Both the position numbers and the translations under genes were made by a program. A stretch of DNA of 64,000 nucleotides from an uncultured virus (IMG/VR IMGVR_UViG_3300042566_001492) (lineage: Duplodnaviria > Heunggongvirae > Uroviricota > Caudoviricetes). The stretch lies in the IMG/VR virus record IMGVR_UViG_3300042566_001492; one strand, written 5' to 3'. Shown here one piece after another: positions 30,552 to 41,010 of the stretch; the first letter of the stretch is position 1, and each line of letters starts with the position of its first letter. The notes beneath the pieces were generated by a model. The model made no database searches. It was not told the DNA's origin and worked only from the letters and a program-made list of their open reading frames with translations.

Positions 30552-33376
30552 TGAAATTAAGTGTTATTGTACCGAGTTATAAATTCTCAAAATATATTGA
30601 CGATTGTTTAAACTCAATAGTTAACCAAAAAACAAATTTTCAATTTGAGATTTTAGTAAGAGATGACTTTTCTCAAGATGGAAGTGAAGGGTTGATAGAA
30701 AGAATTATTAATCAGAATTCTAATCCAAATATTGTTTTTAGATATTTTAAGTCTTCTGAAAACTTAGGATGTTTTGGAAATATACAACTTTTGTTGAATA
30801 AATGTTCTGGTGAATATATCGCTTATATAGATGGTGATGATTACTTTACTGATGAGTATAAGTTACAGAAACAAGTTGATTTTTTAGACGAAAATCCGGA
30901 ATTCTCACTACACTGTACTTCTTGTTACTACATTGAAGAAAATGGTGAACTAGTTAATCCGGATTGGCCACACTTAGACCCATCACAGGAGATTGTTACT
31001 TTAGATGATTTATTAAAGACAAATTTGATAACTTTTGGTAGAGTCTTTAGAAATATACCCAATATCTTAGAAGATTCCTTCTCAAAAGCTCAATTTGTAG
31101 ATTATTTAATAAATTATAAGATTCTACTACATGGAAAAGCTAAGTGTGAAAAGTGGGTTAGTGGTGCTTATAGACACACTAATTATGGTGAAATAACAAA
31201 ACTTCAACAATCCGAAATAGATAAACAAAATGAATATATTAGAGAATTAATGATGGATAATTACAATTTTTTTAACACCGACTTTTCACAACACGGTGAA
31301 CAAAAAATCATACTTGATTTTTTTAAGAACGATAATCCAAATGATTTAGTATTTCTTGATATTGGTGCCAATGATGGGTTGTCATATAGTAATACATTAG
31401 CCTTATCTCTTAGAAGTTGGAGAGGATACTGCATTGAACCAAGCAAACAGGCCTTCAATAAACTAAATAATTTATATAAAAATAACAATAGAGTTTCTTG
31501 TTACAACGTTGGGATATCTAATGAAACCGGATTAAAAAAATTCTATGAGTCAAGAAATTGGATTGACTCAGAAGCTCCAGTAAGCGTACTTTCATCATTA
31601 CATTCAGAACATGTAAACAGATTCGTTAATATGGAGTGGGAAGAAACTAATTGTAATTTCTTAACTTTTGAAGATTGGACTCAGTTAAATAACTTAGAGA
31701 ATGAAAAATTTGACTTTATCTCAATAGATTGTAAAGGACACGATTTTATAGTACTTCAACAACTATCAACTAAACTACAAGATATAAGACTTTTATGTGT
31801 AGAGAGTTCGTCAGCTCCTGTTAAAGAAATAGAGAACTATTTATCAAAATTTGGTTTTAGAATAATTGGACGAACAAAAGATAATTTATTTTTTGGTAAT
31901 TTAAATAAGAAAAGTACTTTAACAAATTCTGTATTTGATGGTGATGAGTTTTTATCAAATAAGATTTTACAACTTAAAGATAGTTGGTTAGCAAATACAA
32001 TTGTACATAACATTGACTCAACTGATACAATTCAATTGTTAAATAACTATTTTACTAAGCAAATAAAAATATCGAATTCCTTTGATCTTTCTAAATCAGT
32101 AGAAGATTTATCCGAAAACACAATTTTCTTTATTAACACTGATGATAGTGATATTTTAGATAACTTAAAACTGATTTCTAAAATTAAAGCTCAACCGGTA
32201 GTTATTATAAATAGGTCTAAATTTAAGTATGATGATTGTAAAGGAATTACATCTGATATAATAAATGTTTGTAAGAAAATATTTCCAATTGGATATGATT
32301 ACTGTTACAATCAATTTTCGGATAATAAAAATTTAATCTTTATAACACCTAAAGTACGTAAGAAAGATGTTGTAATTATAGATTCATTTATTTTCAACTC
32401 TGACATCGAAAATAAATTATTATCACAAATAGACAATTTTAAATCAAACGGATATGATGTAATTTTAATTTCTAATAGTACAGTAAATACCGACTTAATG
32501 AATAGATGTGATTATTTCATTTACGATTCGAGGAATCAATTATTTGAAGAGTCTTATGATAATATTGAAAAAGTTAATTTTTTTACAAAGTATCAAAATT
32601 TCACTGTTTGTACATTTAAGCCAGGCTTACAAAGACACGGACTCTCTGTTTTAATTAATTTACATAATGCGGTAAACTTTGCTAAAAGTCTTGGATATGA
32701 AAATTTCTTAAGAATTGAAGCTGATGATATTTTTGGTAAAAATTCAATTGACTTTATGAAATCTGTACCAGAAATACTTAATAAAGAAAATAAAAAGTCA
32801 CTACTCTTTTATAACGACTATGAGAATGAATATAATATTTCATTTCACTTTATGTATTTTAACATAGATCATTATTTATCTAAAGTAATTCAGTTAAAAA
32901 ATGAGTCTGATTATAGAAGTTATCTAAATAATAATTTTGGTAATAATGATTTTCAGATAGCTGAGAAATATATTTATAATAACCTAAAGCTTAAAGGTGA
33001 TTCTGAAGTTTTTGTATTAGACGGTCATCAATTTGATAAGTACTTTCCAGACTCGTCAATCAACACATCAACATCTTTGAGTAATTTAGATCCAAAATAT
33101 AATGGATGTGTCACCACAATTTATAGAAATAATAAAAATGAAAATAACGTTGTTATTTTTTCATCCAACTCAACTAATGTATCTATAATAAGAAAGATAA
33201 ATCTTGTATTTAGTAATAGGACTGAATCTATTGAACATGATTTACCTTATTTTGGATCTTGGGTTTATCATACATTTGATAAAAATTTGTTACAGATTGA
33301 AGTATATGATGATAAAAACTCATTACTTTACATAGAAAAAAACTCTAATTTAGAAAGTTATGTCGAATTCGATTAA
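30548..33376 (+). CDS. Fusion: GT2 glycosyltransferase, FkbM methyltransferase and an unnamed C-terminal domain
   Basis: SVIVPSY, DDFSQD, YIDGDDY...KLQKQ; SQHGEQ, FLDIGANDG..SNT, IEP. Confidence 0.85.
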   Translation: MMKLSVIVPSYKFSKYIDDCLNSIVNQKTNFQFEILVRDDFSQDGSEGLIERIINQNSNPNIVFRYFKSSENLGCFGNIQLLLNKCSGEYIAYIDGDDYFTDEYKLQKQVDFLDENPEFSLHCTSCYYIEENGELVNPDWPHLDPSQEIVTLDDLLKTNLITFGRVFRNIPNILEDSFSKAQFVDYLINYKILLHGKAKCEKWVSGAYRHTNYGEITKLQQSEIDKQNEYIRELMMDNYNFFNTDFSQHGEQKIILDFFKNDNPNDLVFLDIGANDGLSYSNTLALSLRSWRGYCIEPSKQAFNKLNNLYKNNNRVSCYNVGISNETGLKKFYESRNWIDSEAPVSVLSSLHSEHVNRFVNMEWEETNCNFLTFEDWTQLNNLENEKFDFISIDCKGHDFIVLQQLSTKLQDIRLLCVESSSAPVKEIENYLSKFGFRIIGRTKDNLFFGNLNKKSTLTNSVFDGDEFLSNKILQLKDSWLANTIVHNIDSTDTIQLLNNYFTKQIKISNSFDLSKSVEDLSENTIFFINTDDSDILDNLKLISKIKAQPVVIINRSKFKYDDCKGITSDIINVCKKIFPIGYDYCYNQFSDNKNLIFITPKVRKKDVVIIDSFIFNSDIENKLLSQIDNFKSNGYDVILISNSTVNTDLMNRCDYFIYDSRNQLFEESYDNIEKVNFFTKYQNFTVCTFKPGLQRHGLSVLINLHNAVNFAKSLGYENFLRIEADDIFGKNSIDFMKSVPEILNKENKKSLLFYNDYENEYNISFHFMYFNIDHYLSKVIQLKNESDYRSYLNNNFGNNDFQIAEKYIYNNLKLKGDSEVFVLDGHQFDKYFPDSSINTSTSLSNLDPKYNGCVTTIYRNNKNENNVVIFSSNSTNVSIIRKINLVFSNRTESIEHDLPYFGSWVYHTFDKNLLQIEVYDDKNSLLYIEKNSNLESYVEFD

Positions 33377-35705
33377 AATTATTCAAATAACACCTGGTGT
33401 TATACCAATTCCCCCAAATGGATGGGGAGCTGTTGAGAAAATTATCTGGGAATATAAACTTGTTCTTGATAGATTAGGATATCACACAGAAATAAAATAC
33501 TGCGATGATGTTCAAAAGTCAGACAATCAGGTAGTTCACGTACATATGGCAAATTTGGCTAACATTCTTAGTCAAAAAGGAATAGATTATGTTTTTTCTT
33601 TACATGACCATCATGTAGAATACTTCGGTAAAGACTCCGAATGTTACAAAGAAAATTTTAATGCAATTAAAAACTCCAAGTTAACCTTTGTTCACTCAAA
33701 ACATCTTATAGAATACTTTGATAATCTTCCTCAAATTGTTTACTTACCACACGGTGCTAATCAATTTGACTATCAGTTTAGTCCTCGTAAAAAAAATGTT
33801 ACCCCAAAACTTTTAATGATGGCTAATAATGGCGTAGGTGGAGATTCCTTATCTGATAGAAAAGGATTTCTAATAGGTATAGAAGCCGCTAAATATTTAG
33901 ACTTACCTATAACGATTATTTGCCCATCTAATAATAAAGTATTTTTTGATCATCATAAACCTGATTATAAAAATCTAACCATAATCTATGACTTAGATTA
34001 TAAGGATTCGGTCAGTAAACTATATGAGTTTGATATATTTCTACATCCATCAAATTTAGAGGCTGGTCATCCTAATTTAACAATAACAGAATCAATATCT
34101 ACTGGTATGCCAGTAGTTGGTACAATCAATACTAATGTATCTGGTATGATATCAGTTGAAAGAAATGTGGAAAGTTTTGTAGATGGTATAAAAAAATGTA
34201 TAAAAAAATACGACTCACTAACAGCTGAAATAGAACATAATAGATATTTATTTTCTTGGGAAATAATAGTTTCTAAGATGATTGAATCTTATAAGACATT
34301 TCTAAAAATCAGTGAGAAACAACAACTATTACATAACTATCACAATGTTAAAATAACTAACAAACCAAAGGATGTAAAACCATCGTCTGTAGTTAGTTTC
34401 TCAGGTGGAAAAGCTTTTTGTAAAACATCATTCTTTTCAGACGGAGCATTTATTTTATTTAAAGATAGAAGAACCGGAGATATCATATTTGATTGTAAAG
34501 TTGGTAAAGAACCAGGTCAATGGGCTTATGCTTACGCGAATGATAAATCATTTGTAGACTGGTTAGTAGAAGTAAAACAAGGTACACAGATAATCTATTC
34601 AGAATCATTAAATCTTAGTAATAAAAAAGTTCTACTTAAAGTTGATGATTTATTTTTTGGTATAGAGTCAATGATATTAGAATTCATCAAAAAGACCAAT
34701 TGTCAGATAACGATTAAAAGTAAATTTAATTTACCAGTAGATGGAATTTGTTTTGATAATGAGGCTGATGATGAATTTTTTTACTTCTCACTTAATCAGA
34801 ATCAACTATCAGATTTCTTTGTTGAAAAAAATAGAAAACCAGAAAAATATTTAAACGTATTACAATCAAACTCATTAGGTGATACAATTGGTTTTATTCC
34901 TTACTGTCAAAAGTGGGCTGAAGAAAAGGGAATCATAGTTGATTTGTCAATTAAAAGATCAGAGCTATTTAATCCCGAAGATTATAAGAATATTAATTTT
35001 GTTACTGAAAGTGAAATTAAATCAGACTACACAGATATTAATAGGTTTGAGTATATTTTTGACAAACCACTACAGAAAGGTTACTCTGATCAATTTGGAT
35101 TAACCTATGAGGAAATAAGAGCAAAAATTAAAAATGTAAAAAAGGAAAGACCAATCAAATCAAAATATGTTTGTTTGGGTGTACATACTACCTCACAATG
35201 TAAGTATTGGAATTATCCTGATGGATGGGAAACTATTTCTAAAAAACTAAGAAGTATTGATATAACACCAGTTGCTGTTGATCTTTATGAGGTATTTGGA
35301 ATTGAAGGTTGTTGGAATGAATTACCACATTCAGCAGTTAAAAAAGTTGGATTACAATTTGATGATGTTATAAACTATTTACAACACTGTGAATTTTTTA
35401 TAGGAGTGAGTAGTGGTCTTTCTTGGTTGGCTTGGGCTTTAGGTAAAAAAGTAATTATGATTTCCGGAACAACTACCGAAGATAATGAGTTTACTAGTAA
35501 TTGTACAAGAATAATTAACAAAAAAGTTTGTCATGGTTGTTTTAACAAATCAAGTGTTTATCCATTCAATGCTGGTGACTGGTTATGTTGTCCAATAAAT
35601 AGAGACACGAGTAAGTGGTTTGAGTGTACTAAGACAATATCACCAGAAGATGTTTGGAATGAAACTGTTAAACTAATTAAAACAGAGGATGAATACACAA
35701 TATAA
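33360..35705 (+). CDS. Fusion: GT4 glycosyltransferase plus Aah/TibC-like heptosyltransferase homologue
   Basis: IPPNGWGAVE, RKG, EAGHPNLTITES; SLGDTIG, KYWNYPDGW, FIGVSSGLSWLAW, CHGCFN...CCP...FECT. Confidence 0.82.
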   Translation: MSNSIKIIQITPGVIPIPPNGWGAVEKIIWEYKLVLDRLGYHTEIKYCDDVQKSDNQVVHVHMANLANILSQKGIDYVFSLHDHHVEYFGKDSECYKENFNAIKNSKLTFVHSKHLIEYFDNLPQIVYLPHGANQFDYQFSPRKKNVTPKLLMMANNGVGGDSLSDRKGFLIGIEAAKYLDLPITIICPSNNKVFFDHHKPDYKNLTIIYDLDYKDSVSKLYEFDIFLHPSNLEAGHPNLTITESISTGMPVVGTINTNVSGMISVERNVESFVDGIKKCIKKYDSLTAEIEHNRYLFSWEIIVSKMIESYKTFLKISEKQQLLHNYHNVKITNKPKDVKPSSVVSFSGGKAFCKTSFFSDGAFILFKDRRTGDIIFDCKVGKEPGQWAYAYANDKSFVDWLVEVKQGTQIIYSESLNLSNKKVLLKVDDLFFGIESMILEFIKKTNCQITIKSKFNLPVDGICFDNEADDEFFYFSLNQNQLSDFFVEKNRKPEKYLNVLQSNSLGDTIGFIPYCQKWAEEKGIIVDLSIKRSELFNPEDYKNINFVTESEIKSDYTDINRFEYIFDKPLQKGYSDQFGLTYEEIRAKIKNVKKERPIKSKYVCLGVHTTSQCKYWNYPDGWETISKKLRSIDITPVAVDLYEVFGIEGCWNELPHSAVKKVGLQFDDVINYLQHCEFFIGVSSGLSWLAWALGKKVIMISGTTTEDNEFTSNCTRIINKKVCHGCFNKSSVYPFNAGDWLCCPINRDTSKWFECTKTISPEDVWNETVKLIKTEDEYTI

Positions 35706-35828
35706 GTAAAAATCAAATATTTAAACTTTTTAACAATAAATGACTATGATATATAAATAAAATTGTGACTTGACATACTGTCATCTATATCCTTTTCTTT
35801 TTGTCACAACAAAAAATCAATCTTATTT

Positions 35829-36416
35829 ATGAAAAATTTAATAATCTTACTAATTATTTTTTTGTCATTTACTAATTGCTTAATGACCACAAATGCATCC
35901 GTTACAAGATATGCACAAAAAATTCAAGAACAATCCGTATCACTAAATGCTCTAAAAGCTCTAAAAGAAGAGAAAAGATGTCAAGAATATTATGATTATA
36001 TTGTAGCAGCTGATTTAGTATTATCAACTAAAAATACAAAAATGACTGGTAAAATGTTAGCGGATGCTTGGTATGAAACTTTGATCAATTTTAATATTGA
36101 TGTACCCGTTACTTTAGCATTAGCACAAGCTTATCTTGAATCCAGTTTTTGTAATTCTAAATTATCAAAACAAAAAAATAACCCATACAGTCTAAAGTCT
36201 GGTAAGAGTTACGCTAGTTATTCATCATTAGAACTCGGAGTAAGCTCGTATTATAAAGTCATAGCAAAAAGATATCTTCAATGTAAGACTTTAGATCAAC
36301 TATTAAAAGACTTTTCTACTTGTGAAGGATACAGATATGCTGGATCTAAAAACTATGAGTACATATTAAAAAATCAAATACAGAGTTACGATATAATTTT
36401 AGCCGAAAATAAATAA
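35829..36416 (+). CDS. Glucosaminidase (GH73-like) with signal peptide
   Basis: LALAQAYLES, KNNPY, Y.S...GV..Y, RYA...Y; hydrophobic N-terminus. Confidence 0.75.
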   Translation: MKNLIILLIIFLSFTNCLMTTNASVTRYAQKIQEQSVSLNALKALKEEKRCQEYYDYIVAADLVLSTKNTKMTGKMLADAWYETLINFNIDVPVTLALAQAYLESSFCNSKLSKQKNNPYSLKSGKSYASYSSLELGVSSYYKVIAKRYLQCKTLDQLLKDFSTCEGYRYAGSKNYEYILKNQIQSYDIILAENK

Positions 36417-36493
36417 TTATTTTTTCTCTTTTGTATCAACTAATCAAAAAATTATTGTTATATTTGTAGAGTTAAATACAAAACAATAATATT

Positions 36494-36913
36494 ATGAAAA
36501 AAGAATTACATCTTACAAAAAGGTTTTTTCAGAAAATTGGAATACGTCTTATAAGAATGGTTAATATTGACCGAGTAAAAGGTATGACAGAGGCTGAAAG
36601 AGAAGCTGGTGGTATTCTTAGAAAACTCATGTCTGATGAAGAAACCGAACTTCTAACAAGTCCCATCACCGGAAAGTACTATATTAAATGCAACAAAAGA
36701 AGTATGTTGTTGGTAATTGGTGATGGCGAGTTGTCTATTATTAACCACGTTTATGGTTACAATGTGCATTTGGCACAAAGAGTAGAGAACTTATTTAGAG
36801 ATCAATTTTTAGACGAGATTGAAAAAAGAAGAGAATCGATGGAAAGTGAATTCCGAAACAGTGTAAAACACAGCTTAAAAGAAATCTATAAAAATCTAGA
36901 AAATGAAAAATAA
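36494..36913 (+). CDS. Hypothetical protein
   Basis: ORF after TATATTTG (36459-36466). Confidence 0.65.
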   Translation: MKKELHLTKRFFQKIGIRLIRMVNIDRVKGMTEAEREAGGILRKLMSDEETELLTSPITGKYYIKCNKRSMLLVIGDGELSIINHVYGYNVHLAQRVENLFRDQFLDEIEKRRESMESEFRNSVKHSLKEIYKNLENEK

Positions 36914-37190
36914 TAAAACTAAATCTACCTTTAGAAACTCGTTAATTGTGGGTTTAATACCAATTTCGATAATTTTGGTTATTGGACTTTTTGTCGTTTG
37001 GGGATTATCCGAAAAAAATAAAAAGTATGTTGACCAATCAATCAACACCCGTGAGGTTGTACATGATACAGTTTTTGTAAAAGTAACTTGTCAAAAAAAC
37101 CACTTTGAGTATCCACCAGTTGAGACTAAACGAAAAAAAAATCCTGTAGTAGAACAGGCACCTGAAGTAAATACCGATACGACTAAATAA
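36903..37190 (+). CDS. Single-TM hypothetical protein
   Basis: One hydrophobic segment; operonic. Confidence 0.6.
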   Translation: MKNNKTKSTFRNSLIVGLIPISIILVIGLFVVWGLSEKNKKYVDQSINTREVVHDTVFVKVTCQKNHFEYPPVETKRKKNPVVEQAPEVNTDTTK

Positions 37191-37606
37191 TGACTCAATT
37201 TATATTAATATCAATAGTTTTTTTAGTTTATGAATTTGGTATATTACTAAATCCGAAAAAAATCATAAACCTAAAAAAGAAATTAGATGAAGTTAAAAAT
37301 CTAGAAGGTGAGCAAAAAACTAAGATGTCCAGGGAAATAATTTCCTCTGGACTTTCTCTTATCTTATTTAATTTATTTTACTTCAGTTGGTTAATAACAG
37401 GAATAATAATTTATCAACATTGGTACTTATTCTTTTTTATTATTTTTCTATCATTCTTTTCATCATTTATCACAAAACAAATTTTATTTTTAGATAAACC
37501 AGTATTTTATTACAAGATATTCGAGACAATTTTATCAATTATAGTATTATTATTAATACTAATTAGCTTTTTTTATCCTAATTTATATAACAATTTAATT
37601 TTTTAA
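37190..37606 (+). CDS. Multi-TM hypothetical protein
   Basis: About four hydrophobic segments. Confidence 0.6.
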   Translation: MTQFILISIVFLVYEFGILLNPKKIINLKKKLDEVKNLEGEQKTKMSREIISSGLSLILFNLFYFSWLITGIIIYQHWYLFFFIIFLSFFSSFITKQILFLDKPVFYYKIFETILSIIVLLLILISFFYPNLYNNLIF

Positions 37607-37608
37607 CT

Positions 37609-38169
37609 ATGGCAAATGACTGCGACTGTAAGGTAAGAATCACCGGTGAGCCTGAAGACTTACAAAGATTATTCGACAAACTTCAAATTGATGAAGTTAA
37701 AAATACCGGATCTCTTAACTCAACAAACTATGAACTCTTATTTGAGTCAATTGATGATGTTGAAGATTGGGGATCAAAGTGGCAAGTATTCTCTAATATC
37801 GACTACACTGATGGAGATACTATGATGTTTATAGATGGATACTCTGCATGGGGTCCGGCTGATGGTTTGTGGAAAAAAATTTCTGCAGATTTTAATGTAC
37901 AAATTGTTTTAGATTACTCTGAACCAGGAATGGATTTTGCCGGAGTCACCGAATTCAATGATGGATCTGAAACCATGAGAGAAGAAATGTCTTATTGGGA
38001 ATACCTATATACAAGAGACTATGAATACTTCTGGGAAGAAGTTTCTTATCGATGTGAGTGTTTCACACTTGAAGAGATTAAAGAGAGCTTAGGTGATGTT
38101 TTTACTAATCTTAGTAACGATGAATCTAAGAGATTAGAGGAAATACACGAAGAGAATTTTTCAGAATAA
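37609..38169 (+). CDS. DUF1281/YubB-like protein (paralogue)
   Basis: MANDC...V.ITG, WGSKW, SAWGP, YSEPGMDFAG. Confidence 0.7.
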   Translation: MANDCDCKVRITGEPEDLQRLFDKLQIDEVKNTGSLNSTNYELLFESIDDVEDWGSKWQVFSNIDYTDGDTMMFIDGYSAWGPADGLWKKISADFNVQIVLDYSEPGMDFAGVTEFNDGSETMREEMSYWEYLYTRDYEYFWEEVSYRCECFTLEEIKESLGDVFTNLSNDESKRLEEIHEENFSE

Positions 38170-38274
38170 TGAATTGGATTAAGAAATTAGGAGTCATTGG
38201 ATTTCTATTTTTTCTTATCAAAGGATTAGTTTGGATAGGAATTGCATTAACCGTTTATTTTTTTAGTAAATAAT

Positions 38275-38305
38275 TTTGGCAATTAAAATATTATTTATAT
38301 ATTTG
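38275..38305 (+). promoter_or_regulatory. Bacteroidota-type promoter
   Basis: TTTG-N19-TATATTTG. Confidence 0.75.
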
Positions 38306-38350
38306 TAGAAGTAAACATATTAATTAATCTTAAAAAACAAAAAATTAAAA

Positions 38351-38569
38351 ATGGCAACAAAAAGAGCAGACGCAGGAAAAGTAATTGGTCAAGTTGGTGG
38401 ATTCCGTATTCGTCAAACTGAAAAAACTGGAAGAGTTGGTGGTAAAACACAAGTAACTGGAACAGTAATTGGAATCTACACCGGTAAAAACATGTTAGAG
38501 TCTGGATTTAAAAACAAAGAGTCAGCTATTGTCAGAGCAAAAGAAATACAATCACAAATTGTGAAATAA
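38351..38569 (+). CDS. Small basic protein, monocistronic
   Basis: Own consensus promoter and own terminator. Confidence 0.7.
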   Translation: MATKRADAGKVIGQVGGFRIRQTEKTGRVGGKTQVTGTVIGIYTGKNMLESGFKNKESAIVRAKEIQSQIVK

Positions 38570-38571
38570 TT

Positions 38572-38595
38572 AAAAGAGTCTTCGGACTCTTTTTT
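38572..38595 (+). terminator. Rho-independent terminator
   Basis: aaaagagtc-TTCG-gactctttt (UUCG tetraloop). Confidence 0.9.
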
Positions 38596-38650
38596 CTTTT
38601 TAAACTATTACTATAAAAATTAATAAAATTATAAAATAAAACTTTTTAAT

Positions 38651-39982
38651 ATGTCAGACTTGTGGTCTATATCACCGATTGATGGTAGGTATAAAAATTC
38701 AACTGAGGAATTCAGAAATTATTTTTCTGAAGCAGCCTTAATCAAATATAGAATAATTGTGGAGTGTGAGTATTTCATTTCACTTTGTGAAGTTATACCA
38801 CCACTATTCAATATAAACGATAACACATTCTCAGTTATTAGAGAACGACTAAATAATATAACCGAAGAAGATTTACAAAAAGTAAAAGATTACGAAAAAG
38901 AAACGGCTCATGATGTAAAAGCAGTTGAGTATTTTATAAAAGATATTTTTACTGAATTAGGACTTTCTGATGTTAAAGAGTTTATACACTTTGGGCTGAC
39001 ATCACAGGATATAAATAATACATCCATACCACTTCTTTTAAAGAAATCACACTATGAGGTAATAAACAAAGAGATAGGTTATCTTATAGATTTTTTAGAT
39101 GAGCTTGGAAGACAATGGGTTACAATTCCTATGTTAGCGAGAACACATGGTCAACCAGCTAGTCCTACCAGACTTGGAAAAGAAATTTTAGTTTTTGTAG
39201 AAAGATTAGAAAGACAATTACAACTATTAAATGAAGTTCCTCATTGTTGCAAATTTGGAGGAGCAACTGGTAATTTCAACGCACATAGTGTTGCTTATCC
39301 AAATATTGATTGGAATGTTTTTGCTGATAACTTTGCTAGTAAACTTGGACTAAACAGAAGTTTTCCAACAACACAAATAGAACACTATGATAATATGGCT
39401 GCTTATTTTGATGGTGTTAAAAGAATTAACAATATTCTAATTGATTTATCAAGAGATATTTGGCAATACATATCTATGAGTTACTTTACACAAAAGACAG
39501 TATCCAACGAGGTTGGCTCATCAGCGATGCCACATAAAGTTAATCCTATTGATTTTGAGAACGCTGAGGGAAACCTTGGAATAGCTAACGCAATATTTGA
39601 ACATCTTTCTTCTAAGTTACCTATTAGTAGGTTACAAAGAGACTTGACAGATTCTACTGTTCTTAGAAATGTTGGAGTTCCCATGTCACATACTTTATTG
39701 TCTATTAAGTCTTTAAATAAAGGATTGAACAAGTTGGTTGTTAATTTTGATAAGATTGAGGAAGACTTGGAAAATAACTGGGCCGTTGTTGCTGAAGGTA
39801 TACAAACAATACTAAGAAGAGAAAAATATAACGAACCGTACGAGGCTCTTAAAAAGCTAACAAGAGGAAAAGATGTTATAAATCAGGAAAATATAACAAA
39901 ATTTATTGACGAATTGGAAGTATCTGATGAAATTAAAAATGAATTGAAATCGATAACTCCACATAATTATATTGGAATTTGA
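38651..39982 (+). CDS. purB: Adenylosuccinate lyase
   Basis: SPIDGRY, HDVKAVEY, HFGLTSQD, RTHGQPA, GSSAMPHKVNPIDFEN, SRLQRDLTDS. Confidence 0.98.
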   Translation: MSDLWSISPIDGRYKNSTEEFRNYFSEAALIKYRIIVECEYFISLCEVIPPLFNINDNTFSVIRERLNNITEEDLQKVKDYEKETAHDVKAVEYFIKDIFTELGLSDVKEFIHFGLTSQDINNTSIPLLLKKSHYEVINKEIGYLIDFLDELGRQWVTIPMLARTHGQPASPTRLGKEILVFVERLERQLQLLNEVPHCCKFGGATGNFNAHSVAYPNIDWNVFADNFASKLGLNRSFPTTQIEHYDNMAAYFDGVKRINNILIDLSRDIWQYISMSYFTQKTVSNEVGSSAMPHKVNPIDFENAEGNLGIANAIFEHLSSKLPISRLQRDLTDSTVLRNVGVPMSHTLLSIKSLNKGLNKLVVNFDKIEEDLENNWAVVAEGIQTILRREKYNEPYEALKKLTRGKDVINQENITKFIDELEVSDEIKNELKSITPHNYIGI

Positions 39983-40004
39983 TTTTTTTTTGTATATTTG
40001 CATT

Positions 40005-40271
40005 ATGATAAAAGAAAGTGTTACTTATATAACAAAGGTCGAAGAGTGTCCGTACTGTCTTAAAAAAATCAAATTTCATAGTTTATCGAAAGACAGTGTG
40101 AGAGATTCAATAAAACAACTTTATGAACATATGAATTCGCACTTTGATGAGTGTGAATTTAAGAAATTGAATGATGAAAAACAGTTAGTAAAGGTTAGTA
40201 TCAATACCAAAAAAAACAGTGAAAAACTTTATTCATCTTGTTTTGATACACACCAACTTTTAGTTGGTTAA
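40005..40271 (+). CDS. Hypothetical protein, possibly zinc-binding (CPYC...H...H...C)
   Basis: Start moved to the ATG at 40005, after TATATTTG (39993-40000). Confidence 0.55.
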   Translation: MIKESVTYITKVEECPYCLKKIKFHSLSKDSVRDSIKQLYEHMNSHFDECEFKKLNDEKQLVKVSINTKKNSEKLYSSCFDTHQLLVG

Positions 40272-40498
40272 AAATCTTCTCTAAAGAAAGGAGCATCATC
40301 ATCCTCGTCTTCATCTGAATAGATATCTGTTTTACTTACAACATCACCATCAGATTTCATAAGCCTGTATCGAACACCATCATAAACTATAAATGAGTTT
40401 TCATCGCCACTCCATCTTGACCATGTTTCAACAAGTCCATCTTTTTTGGTGATGATTCTATCATCTAAAATTTTAATTGTTCCTAAAACTTCTGACAT
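40268..40498 (-). CDS. Acidic hypothetical protein
   Basis: 76-aa ORF. Confidence 0.55.
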   Translation of the reverse strand: MSEVLGTIKILDDRIITKKDGLVETWSRWSGDENSFIVYDGVRYRLMKSDGDVVSKTDIYSDEDEDDDAPFFREDF

Positions 40499-40638
40499 AA
40501 TTTTTTATTTTTTTTTATATATCAATAAATAATTCTTATTTTTTTAAAATAAAAACTACATCTAATTAATCAGGTGTAATTACTAATTAAATAGATAAAC
40601 ATTATAAAGTATTGTGAATATAAAAAATAAAAGAGTTT

Positions 40639-41010
40639 ATGCAAAAGTATATTGTTATTAAAGCGGATGAGGGTAACTCAGATTTTGTAATAGAAGTCAA
40701 TCCAATTACTGATGATGAAATTGAGTCAATTCGACCAGTAATAATGGCTTTATTTGAAAGAAGAGAAACTCTACACGAAAATTTATCACAGAATTGGAGA
40801 AAATGGAGGTATAATTGGGTAACCAATATAGATCTTATTATTAAATCAAGTGATGACATTACATTTATGAGACCCCTTAGTTATGTTGAACAAGATATCT
40901 TCGGAGAAGCCTCAATGAACACATTCGCTCCTTTTGTACCATATGGTGTTAAAGGAGTTCACACAATAGTATCAGTTGATATTTTTACACTTGATGAGAA
41001 ATTATTCTAA
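40639..41010 (+). CDS. Hypothetical protein
   Basis: 123-aa ORF. Confidence 0.6.
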   Translation: MQKYIVIKADEGNSDFVIEVNPITDDEIESIRPVIMALFERRETLHENLSQNWRKWRYNWVTNIDLIIKSSDDITFMRPLSYVEQDIFGEASMNTFAPFVPYGVKGVHTIVSVDIFTLDEKLF

